Source: Balanoglossus misakiensis (lineage: Eukaryota > Animalia > Hemichordata). From it: 64,000 nucleotides of DNA. Location of the stretch: the NCBI GenBank assembly GCA_040954595.2, contig JBECUI020000035.1, forward strand, positions 1 to 64,000, in the 5' to 3' direction. Each line of letters opens with the position of its first letter. Position 1 is the stretch's first letter. Shown piece by piece: positions 13,061 to 24,192 of this stretch. The position numbers were made by a program, and so were the translations under genes. The notes beneath the pieces were generated by a model. The model was given only the letters and a program-made list of their open reading frames with translations, did not search any database and was not told the origin of the DNA.

Positions 13061-15753
13061 GGACATGGTAGCGTGACGTCGCATTGTAATTAACGGACGA
13101 TCTTGGAAATTCGGCTATTAATGGTGAATGGACTTTCGCCTCCTTCGAACAACAACAGAGACTGACGTCGCAACAATGACAGAAAAAGTGAAGCAAATGG
13201 CCGACAAAACGAAGAGAATCGGAAAACGGGCAGGATCCTCGGCACAGACATCTGGGAATAATACCACCACATCAAATAGAACGACGAGTAGTGCAGGACA
13301 AACCGCCACCAGTGACTATGACAACAAGTCTGAAGGCGATGCTGGCGAACCCTTGAACAATACAACTACAGTCCTACAGAGAAATGCAGCCCAGCGCCAC
13401 TCAAGATTTTCCATTCCTGGTCTGGCAGCAGCCAAAATATGCTGTTGTTTTTTCTCTTAGAAGCGACCTCAGTCTGAGCTGCATGAGAATAAACTGTAGG
13501 TTGGGAATACAACAAAAAAACACGCAGTCGCTGCGGTCAACACGTAGCTATTAGTTTCATATAGTATTATGTTCGCTACAGCTCGGAAACCAAAATGTGG
13601 TACAACTTCAAGCTACATAAACTGGAAAGCATAGTACGTGCAGAGCAGACCATGGTGACGAAAGCAGGTATTCTAGGTCGTAAGATAAAAACACGGCGCT
13701 AGAAAAACAGTCATCAAAAGTTGCACGTGTTCCCCGGCCACAAATAATGTAATTGTTGGCGCACAGAAAGTCCAGTCGATAAACGTTTACGCTATAGAAA
13801 CTCACTCTCTCAGCAAAAGTCTGACACCCTCGTCAATGACAAAACGCAAACCGAGCTGGGTATGATCAAGTCAAACATAGGGCCAATCCCCACTCTATGT
13901 TTTATTATTTTCCACATACGATGGTTCTAAATAAAAATGTACCTATTTGAAATGCTTACCGAGGTAAGATCATTGAAAGTTTTCAAACGTTGATGACAAA
14001 TGTATAACTGATTTTTTACAAATGAATAATCGCGCACTTGCATGTTATTTTCTCTATACCAGACACCGCGCGCGCGCCGTTGGCAAAAAAAAAAACGCGG
14101 AAAATTATTGAGCATGCGCAGTCGATACTTCACATTGTAAACAAGATGGCGTCGCTGCCTATGCTTCTGGACCGCTGTCGCCTGACTATGTCGGCAAAGA
14201 AGAGACGAATTTAACCATGCAACGCCATATCGGAAGACAGAATGATCGCGAGATGAAACCGGGCTATCCAACGATTAGGCAGCCATGTTGACTGATTGGT
14301 ATGTCGCCGAAGTAATTATTTGCCATTGATTTGTTTACCAGAAACGGTTTGCCTTTGGAACACATTTGGCCTCACCGAAATTGATTTCAGAGGTTTTTTC
14401 CCAAAAACTAATGACGTTCGTTTTCACCTGAGTGCGAGGATGGATTGAAGGGACACAAGCTTTTGTAGCCACCAATATTTTGACACTCTTTATATCAATG
14501 TTGAGCTGGCATATTTGCTCCAATATGATGTAGTGTACCTGTTGCATTGAAATGAAGCTGTAATAATATTACAGTGCAATCTAGTCCTTTGGGTTAATAG
14601 GAAAACGAGGTCAATAAATGACAGGTTTATTTAAATACAGGATATATTTATCACAAGCACTTATGCATATGTATGAGATACTTATTTATTTTTAATTTAT
14701 TTTTTATTTTTTATTTATTTTGTACGTTCAGGTAATCATATGGATTTGTATGGAATCACATACACATTAATTGAAGACTATCATATCACAGAAGTCGAGC
14801 CGCCAGATGTGTAAGGTAACCATTTAGGTTTCATGACTAAGTTTGTTTAAGAATTCATAAAGCTACCCAATGAATGAATTTCCTTAAAATTTCACAAATG
14901 TGACAGAGTTTGCAGTTGTGCAAGAAAGTGTGTATTATTCACATAAGAATTTTTTCGTATGCATTTTTCTGATGGCAATGCATTTGACTGTAAACAAATA
15001 TGGATGTCAGTTAGTAGTGCTATTTTGTCAGTGAAATGGCTTCATCATCATCCCTCCAACCAAAGTTGAAACAGAGTTGCAAATATTGCACAGCTTGAAA
15101 TCATAAAATGTTGCAAAATTGAACCAACCCTTTGGTCAACGATTATGTTCTTACAGCTATTATTAGAACCAGACAGTCTCAGGGAACAAGAGACATGGGC
15201 CTGATTTGCAAGTTGAGTTAGAACTGCCTTTGCCTGCCCACGGACGCCCCAATTTCAGCAAAAATTATTGCATTAAAATATGAGTATGGAGAACTATGCT
15301 CTGTGTTTCTTTTGTTAGCTTACATAGCTGTTGTCATTCTAGTTTTTCCTCCGTCCTGTGAGCAGAGTTTCAGTTGCGAAAACCGACAGTTCTCAAAGTA
15401 CAAAAGTACACCTAAATTGCCTCGGTGATGAGCATGCAGAATTTATCTGATGCTTCTTACTGGCAGAAGGACCCCACCAGTTGCAGATTGTGAATTCCAT
15501 GGCACAAGGGAATTTACGCTTTGCGTTCAAATATAAATAATTAAATCCTGTAAAATTATTCTATATGTTATTTATTGATGATTCAAAAGTGTTATGACTG
15601 ATTGTGTTAGAGTACCTGTATTCCATATAAGCATGCTGTCAGTGCACATCCGATTGATAACAATTTCACATTTTTAAAAATTTGCTTCTCTGAATAATTA
15701 TGAATACATAAAACTTCATATGATATAAATTGTCCTGATATCGTAAACATTAA

Positions 15754-16208
15754 ACCCCGATGCGTGGTATAAAAGACCCCCCAAATCAGTGGCGAATCTT
15801 AATGCCGTTTGACTGACAACAGACAACACCAACGATCTTGGCTCTAACGATCTTGGCTCTATGAAAATCGGCCCAAACAGATCCAAGCATAAAGAATTAC
15901 ACCACACAACGACAGTGGTTGGCTTTATAAACACACACAACATAAAGTTATCGATGAAAAAGTACACGAGCTTTTGAAACAACGATGATTTTGGGAGAAA
16001 TCTGGTTTCAGTGCTTTTCAGAAGCATCCCTGGGAAACAATAACCACGCCATTCAAACAGCTGTCAATCGCATAGAGGTGTAAAGTGTTCAATTATTTTC
16101 TATGTACATGAGATCAATTACACAGTTATTATGCACGACGACCACTCCCAAATAAACAACTGTACAAACACACGTTAATCCGAACCCCAGTACTTTCCGC
16201 ACCGGGGT
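15754..16208. mobile_element. MITE with TTAA target-site duplication (piggyBac/Kolobok-type TSD)
   Basis: TTAA|ACCCCGATGCG ... CGCACCGGGGT|TTAA (TIR 10/11 match). The left arm has the empty site with a single TTAA (GGCCTTAATG, ~5222-5231). Confidence 0.85.
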
Positions 16209-16256
16209 TTAAGGCCTAATGCTAGTGTCACAACATTGATTACCAGACCGTTTCCC

Positions 16257-16325
16257 TATGTATGTATGTATGTATGTATGTATGTATGTATGTATGTATG
16301 TATGTATGTATGTATGTATGTATGC
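16257..16325. repeat. (TATG)n microsatellite
   Basis: Direct reading. Confidence 0.95.
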
Positions 16326-17334
16326 AGCCATGTATGCATGTGTTTGTGTGTGTGTGTACATGTGTGTCTGCATGTTACATGTATATATGGATGTATGTCT
16401 GCCCTGATCCAAAACATGAAACCACGCTTTTTTATTTTGGTGTGTAGATGGGATTTTGCTTAAATGAAGTTGTCATTGCAAAAATACGCAAATAACCTGT
16501 GAAATATGTGGAATTGATCAAAACTCAACAACTGGTTAGACTGCTTTGAACATTTGTATGCATGTAGGTAATGTCATCATACCTGATATACTTTGAGTTT
16601 ATATCGTGAATTGTCTATTTTTTATGCAATTATTTTGTCTTGTTTTACCATTTGAAAAAAAATCTTTTCCTCTTAAAGAGATTGGCTGATTTCTTTAGAA
16701 TTTAGTATGACACTTCCGGTAGGTGATCATAGTTGGTTTTGTTTAAATTGTCGCAGAATTTGTAATCTGTCATTTTTGGTCAAAATTCATTTTCTGAGAA
16801 ACTCCTTAGATTGCTTTTAAATTTTGGTATGCTTGTTCCAAGAGGTAACCCAAGTAATGTTGTATATCATTTTGGTGAAATTTACATATTGTGGTCTTGG
16901 GGCAATTTTTGCAATTTGTATTCTTTGAAACTACTAGTCAGATTGCTTTCAACTTTGGTAGGCGTGGTGATTGAAGTAGATATTATACAATTTGTTGATA
17001 GTTGGATAGATGTGGTTTGAGGCAGTTTTTGTCATTGTTGAATGTTGTTTTCCCTAAAATACTTGTCTGGTTCCTTTGAAATGTTCTTACAGAAGGTCAT
17101 ATCTGCTTGCCAATGTCACATGATTTTTCCCATGAACACAGACATACCTAATTTTGTGTAATCCCCAGATGGGACCACAGTGTGTAATAACCTGACCAAC
17201 AGTGACTAGTATATCCTGTGTGTTATACAGTACTTCTCACAAGGTTGAAGTACATGTAGACTGTTGATGATTTTTTGCGATTCTTCAGAAACTTACAATA
17301 CAGAGTCTAATGTGGTAACGTCCATGGTCACATT

Positions 17335-18722
17335 AGTCCTGTTTCAAAATGACCTACATTACACGTCCCATACACATGTATTGCATGTTTTGATTGGTTT
17401 ATCCGCTTCTCTTAGGTCCACTTGCGGCACGCTGATTGGAGGGACCTTGTAGGTTAGGTCTTATTATTATGTATTATTCACTAGACCTTGTAGGTTAGGT
17501 CTTATTACTATGCATTTTTCGCTTTACAGCTCCCTGATTGGTTAACGTGTCAGTCTGGTCCCCCATGTGTTCACTGCCTCATAATACAGGACCTTGTAGG
17601 TTAGGTCATATTAATATGTATTTATTCACCATACAGCTCCCTGATTGGTTAACGTGTCAGTCTGGTCTCCCAGTGTTCACTGCCTCATTGTGAAATGTCC
17701 CATGTGCTTCCTGGCTAGCGTTGTGGTAACACATTATTCGGGATGTCCGCAGATCATTCATTAATTTTCTGAGAAATAGCCTGACTGATACTATCTCCAA
17801 CATAAACCGCACCCTGGAAAGATTAAATGATTTTTAGATGGACTTTGAAAATCTGATTAACACATCTAAGCATTTTTGCTAACAGTTGTATATTTTCTTA
17901 AATCACCCTCCTACTTCTCATCATCAATATTATTATTGTTGTTTTACTATTTTAAAGTAAATTTGTTTTGACGTAGATGTTGTGAAAAGGAGTACGTTGT
18001 CTGTTTATACATTCGTATATTGTTTTCATAAAAATGGAAATATGACGGTGCAGCTTCGTGAAAGAAGTACAATAAAAGTAATCATACCTGTAAAGCAACT
18101 AATGAGGTATCCCAATTAAAGAAATGCAATGCTATTCTAAACAGTTCTATTGTAAGATATTTTTGGTTTGCTCGAATGAATAGCACACACTTCGTATTCA
18201 GCCAGGTGTTACACGAAGTGATGCGCTGAAAAGCATTACGTAACAAAACACTAGCCCATTTCAACAAACCGCCACTGGAAATAAAATAAAAAAATTCTCC
18301 TGGCAATTTTTATTTCGAGTATCTAGTTCACAGTATCACAAAAAAATGCCATGAATAGTGAAGGAAAGGTTAAATCCAATCATTATATGAGTGCCTTTCT
18401 TTATACACTGGGATCGAGCTTCGACAACGCGCAGGCAGCATGCCAGACAGAATACGACAACTGTATTCAGAAGGACAAAAGACTTTGCATAACGAGGCAG
18501 TGAAAATTGGAGACCTACACATTAACCAATCAGGGAGCTGTAAAGTGAATAATACATAGTAATAAGACCTAACCTACAAGGTCTAGTGAATAATACATAA
18601 TAATAAGACCTAACACATAAGGTCCCTCCAATCACCGTGCCTCAAGTGGACCTAAGATTACCAGATGGACCAATCACAGATGTCGGTACATATGTCATGG
18701 ACCTGACTTATGAAACATGACT
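17335..18722. mobile_element. Non-autonomous DNA transposon with 3-bp ATT TSD and long subterminal inverted repeats (PIF/Harbinger-related)
   Basis: ATT|AGTCCTGTTTCA ... TGAAACATGACT|ATT. The left arm has the empty site with one ATT (reverse complement of CTGAATGTG, ~4113-4121). ~17390-17560 is inverted relative to ~18510-18680 and contains tandem GACCTTGTAGGTTAGGTC units. Confidence 0.85.
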
Positions 18723-21639
18723 ATTCAGAACTACCTAGTCTATGCCCGGCAGTGTTCTGTCCGCTTTGCTTCCAAAACTAATGTCTGGCCTCACTCATGC
18801 CACTTGCCCAATAAACTAATACCCCTTGCTGGGAATTATGATGTAACTAGCGTCGCTTTGAAGCCTATCACATTACTGAACAGTGTTGATTTGGTGTAAG
18901 ATTATAGTGAAGGCAGGGCTTATTACATTGAAAATGCTACCCAACCTTAATTACACGTATGTATATCCTTTGTCTAATCATTGGAAAAACAATGTACATG
19001 TACCAAAGACTAAGTAGCTATTTGAAGGTGAATCGCAAGTGGGCACTTTCATTACTTAACCTCAAGCAGTCGGTTAGCTACCGTATACTAAGACAAACAT
19101 TCCTGGTGTAATTAACATCACTGTCATTAGTAATATCTATCTCCAATCAGTATCAGTTCTGCCTTTATGTTATTTTAAGTCAATTGTCAAGGTTCATGTA
19201 CATATATTACAGCTTAACTGTCTTGTCAAAAACTTACGCATGTACATGTACCTAATTCTAGGCTTACCTGTAGGGTTAGAGATACAGTGTTTTATATTAA
19301 TATGCATTAATATGAAACTAAAATTTGATGGTTAATTTAAGACCCCCCTGAGCAATGGTAACCTCGTTAAATATGTGCATATCTAATTCTAGGCTATTCA
19401 GCTGAAGTAGAAACCTGGACATGGACAACTTCGGGGTCAAAATCTTTTGACAAACATTTGTGTGATCTTGGGTAAACTTTGACCTACATTCCTATATTTT
19501 AGCATCCGGAGCAGATACAACCTTGACACTTGGAGTGATGGAACTATTTGATTGAGTATTATGTCTTGCCTCATTAATTATGTACTTACCTAATGCCAGC
19601 CTAACCAATAGGGCTGGAAGTCTGGCTTTTTGGACATGATAAATTTGAGATCAACATTTTTCTACAGCAGCCAGCCTTCTCTTAAAAAGAATGGACAATA
19701 TAAAGGCTTTGATGGTATACTGAACTTTTGACTCCCTCCCTGAGACTGTGTGCCAATGACGGGATAGCCTACTCAGCGTTGGGTAGATCCTAAGAAGGCC
19801 TCAGCCAGGCATCAAATACAAAAAGCGGAAATCCAAGCTTTAATGGTGGGTTACATCGTTAACTTCCCTGCAGAGCTGATTTCTCAGACTGTGAGCCAAT
19901 GACGGGTAAAGCCCCTAGGTAGGGGCCACCTAAGACAGGCCGGTCATGCTTTAATCACAAAGAAGGGCAAGTTTAGTCTTACCACAACTTTGTCTGCTGT
20001 ATATGCTTCATAAAGATTGCAGAGTATTTTGAGAATACATTGTGTTAAGGCAGTGTGACCAGCTAAAAAGTACTGGCAAACACAGCCAATGTGTAATGAA
20101 AAACATCTAATTTGGCTGAATAAAAGACATAAAACACAGCAAAAGCACTGTGACTAGCTGAGACATAATACTCCATTATGCAGTTCCATCACTCCAAGTG
20201 TCAGGGATGTATCTGTGCCGGATGCCAAGATATAGGAATGTAGGTCAAAGTTTACCCAAGATCACCCAACATTTTGTCAAAAGATTTTGACCCCAAAGTT
20301 GTCCATGTCCAGGTTTCTACCGCAACTGGATAGCCTAGAATTAGATATGTACATATTTAATGAGGTTACCATGGATCAAGGCAGTCCTAAGTAAACCATC
20401 AAATTTTTAGTTTCATGTTAATTCATGTTAATATAAAACGCTGTATCTCTAACCCACTGGTATGCCATTCTGTGTTTCATGCTACCCAATATGGGTAAGT
20501 AGGTAAAAAGTCACCCTAGGCCATTTGAAATTTTGCTGAAAAAATCACGTCTCTTACATATGTACATTTGGTAAAAGGGAAATTTTAATCACGGAGTAGA
20601 ACATATTCATAAAAAATATTTGAGGGAAAGAAGGAAGTTTTTCATAGCTTTGGTGCGTCAAATAGTAGAGAGGTTCCCTTGTTATCCTTAGACTCAAACT
20701 CAGAGTTTCCAATCTTTCAGTATTTTCATGATATTACTTTCCATCTTAGATTTGTTCATCTAAACAAACTGACTGATAGGTATACATGAACATTTTATTG
20801 ACTAATGAATGTGCCTGTATGTTGCAATTTAAAGAAGTCAGATATTAAACGAGCGCCACACCTGTTTTAATCAGCCTCCATATGGAGGGTACACATCGCA
20901 GAGAGATGACAAACCCCATGCAAATTCAAGTAATATGGCTCAATGGTGCTGATTTTAAAGGATAGGTGGATGATTTGAAAAATGTTATTGTGGAAAAAGA
21001 TGTGTAAAATTTGGCAGCTTGTGAGGCTTTAATTGTAAAATCTTTGAAATGTGTTTTACTCTTTAGGTCCAATTTTGTATATGTCAATATACCATTGGGA
21101 CCAATGTGAAATTGTTCTAAACTCAGAAACTCAAGAAGGTACTGGTCAGATTGCTTTAGAAATTGGTGTGTATTTATGTTATTGAGACTTTATACAGATT
21201 TTATTTTTCATTTTTGAAGTATATTTTGGGGTGATTTTGGTCGTCATATACTCAGAAACCTCAACCCACATTTTTTTTAAAATTTGGTTTGCATGTTCTT
21301 AGGTGTGATTTTATGACAATTTAACAAACCCAGTGATGGAAGTGACAATATTTTTTTTTTTTTTTGGCAATTACTGCCATTTTTGTCTGATTGCTTTGCA
21401 ATTTAGTTTGCAGTTTCTAGGGAATTCTTACTGTGGTGCACAAAATTCAGAAAGGTGATTTACTATCCTCATGCGCTTTGTTGAACTGGCACCCTGTTGC
21501 AAAACAGACATTACAACACTCTTTGAATTGAATTCATAGCTACCAATTTTTCGGGGGTGTAGCACCTTTTTTATGCCTAAAACTTTGATCGAGAACTTCA
21601 AATTAAATGCAACCCTCCAAATATTTGCAATATTTCAGG

Positions 21640-22530
21640 TATAATGATTTAATTTTAAAGCATAAATTTTGATGTATTCATAATCATTAAGAGAAACACA
21701 TTTTGAAAATAGAATATTAATCACACTAGCAGTCATAATACTTTTGAATCATCACTAAAGAACATATAGAAAAATTAAACAGGTGTTAATTATTTATATT
21801 TGAACGCAAAGCGTAAATTCCCTTGTGCCATGGAATTGACAATCTGCAACTGGTGGGGTCCTTCTGCCAGTAAAAAGCATCAGATAAATTCTGCATGCTC
21901 ATCACCGAGGCAATTTAGGTGTACTTTTGTACTTTAAGAACTGTCGGTTTTCGCAACTGAAACTCTGTTCACAGGACAGAGGAAAAACTAGAATGACAAC
22001 AGCTATGTAAGCTAACAAAAGGAACACAGAGCATAGTTCTCCATACTCACATTTTAATGCAATAATTTTTGCTGAAACTGGGGCGTCCGTGGGCAGGCAA
22101 AGGCAGTTCTAACTCGACTTGCAAATAAGGCCCATGTCTCTTGTTCGCTGAGATTGTCTGGTTCTAATAATAGCTGTAAGAACTTGATCATTGACCGAAC
22201 TGTTGGTTCAATTTTGCAACATTTTATGATTTCAAGCTGTGCAATATTTGCAACTCAGTTTCAACTTTGGTTGGAGGGATGATGATGAAGCCATTTCACT
22301 GACAAAATAGCGCTACTGACTGATGTCAATGTTTGTTTACAGTCAAATGCATTGCCATCATAAAAATACATGTGAGAAATTTCTTATGTGTATGATACAC
22401 ACTTTTGTGCATGACTGCAAACTGTGTTACAGTTGTGAAATTCTAAGGGTTGAATTCATTGGGTAGAATTCATGTTTTTTGGATTCTTAAACAACCAGTC
22501 ACGAAAGCTAAGTGGTTACCTCAGAGAAAC
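21640..22530 (+). repeat. Third, partial copy of the arm sequence (direct to ~5290-6145, inverted to ~14810-15690)
   Basis: 21790-22140 is a near-exact reverse complement of 15180-15545. Confidence 0.88.
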
Positions 22531-22933
22531 TGTGTTAAATTTGGTCATCAATTGCTTTAAATCACACAAGACATTCCCAGAGCTAAAGTTACTGCAGCAG
22601 TCAGTTTCAACTCAGCTTGCAAATTGGGATCATGTCTTGTGTTCATCGAGACTGTCTGTAGTCGAGTTGACAGTCCTATGGGGTCAATGATGAACCTACA
22701 AATGTTCTTTCCAATGAAATTGTTATAAATCTAATATTCAGGATTTGCATTCATACCTTAAACAATATAACTGTATTGCAAATATGGCAACTCTTCTAAG
22801 TTACATTGGAACACCTTCTCGGCACTGTTTGTGCCAAAATGGTGAATAAGCTTTCATTTTCAAGCCTTAACATAGGCACCCAAAACAAGACAACAGCATT
22901 GCAAATATGGCATTTTTTGTTCAACTCTTCTCA

Positions 22934-23580
22934 TTTGCATAGTCCAAAATGGCCGCCAAACTCCTCTAACATGTAAATTTCCTATGGTCGTCTTAAATAG
23001 TGTGTAGTATCGCATTTGAAGGGTTTTCATCAATATGGGTACCTAAAACAATTTCAACGTGGTTGACATTGCAATGTTAGACAGCTGTTCTAATTTGCAT
23101 GATCTAGAATGGCCGACAAACTTCTCTAACATGTAAATTTACTATGGTTGTCTTTAATAGTGTGTAATATCGCATTTGCAGGGTTTTTATCAATATGGGT
23201 ACCTAAAACAATTTCAACGTCGTTGACATGGCAATATTAGACAGCTGTTCTAATTTGCATAATCCAAAATGGCCACCAAACTCTTCTTAAATGTAAATTT
23301 CCCTGTTTTGTCTTATATGGTGCCTAAAATCGCATTTGCAGGGTTTTCATCAATATGGGTAACTAAAACAATTACAGCGTGGTTGACATGGCAATATTAG
23401 ACAACTGTACTAATTTGCATAATCCAAAATGGCCGACAAACTTCTCTAACATGTAAATTTCCCTGGTTTGTCTTATATGGTGTGTAATATCGCATTTTCA
23501 CGGTTTTAATTAATATGGGTACCTAAAACAATTTCAACGTGGTTGACATGGCAATATTAGACAACTGTTCTAATTTGCAT
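22934..23580. repeat. Tandem repeat, 160-bp unit x4
   Basis: TTTGCAT recurs at 22934, 23094, 23254, 23414 and 23574. Each unit carries AATGGCC(G/A) and CAATATGGGTACCTAAAACAAT variants. Confidence 0.93.
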
Positions 23581-24192
23581 AATTCGAGCACCTGCTGGAT
23601 AATTTAATTTTTGCCCTTCTTGTCCCATGATTATATGTGTAATATCTCATTTTCAATGTGTTTACATGTATATATGCAGAATCCATTTCAAACTAAGTGG
23701 GCATATTGTAGCGCCAATCTTATTTCTTAATCCGCACCACAGAACTGATGCAAGGTTTAGGACTGGAAATGTATGTGGCCACTGGCCGACACCCCGGGCG
23801 AGAGGTCTCCAATTATTTTCAGCACGTAGTGTGCTTCCCGGTTGATAACATCAATATGTGTAAATGCCAAAAACCCGACCTATTGTAATACCAGTCAAAT
23901 TTTCTTTGTCATTTACCATTTTTCTCTTGCATATGAACGTTTTTCTTAAAGAGTACATACCCATATACATTTGTATGGGAGCACACATCCCCACCCCCTG
24001 CCAACAATAATTGGACAACTTTATTCTTCTTATACTTCTTTTTAGTCTAAACATTCATATAGAGAAGGCAACATGTTCTTGAAGCTGCTGACTATGGAAA
24101 TATGATGAAGTACATTTTCCTAGTTGTACATGTACAGTATGATAGCCCCAATGTACCAATTGGAGATGTGTGCCTTACAGGCAACATACATG

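Larger units (their letters stand above)
14107..21215 (-). repeat. Right arm of giant imperfect inverted repeat (contains two younger insertions)
   Basis: Reverse complement of 1636-7070, with insertions at 15754-16208 and 17335-18722 and a deletion near 14430 relative to left-arm ~6530-6750. Confidence 0.93.

Noticed and set aside
6891-14271. Paired ORFs 6891-7079 and 13927-14271 as a conserved small gene
   Set aside because: The similarity just reflects the inverted repeat. There is no domain, and the start and end points differ.
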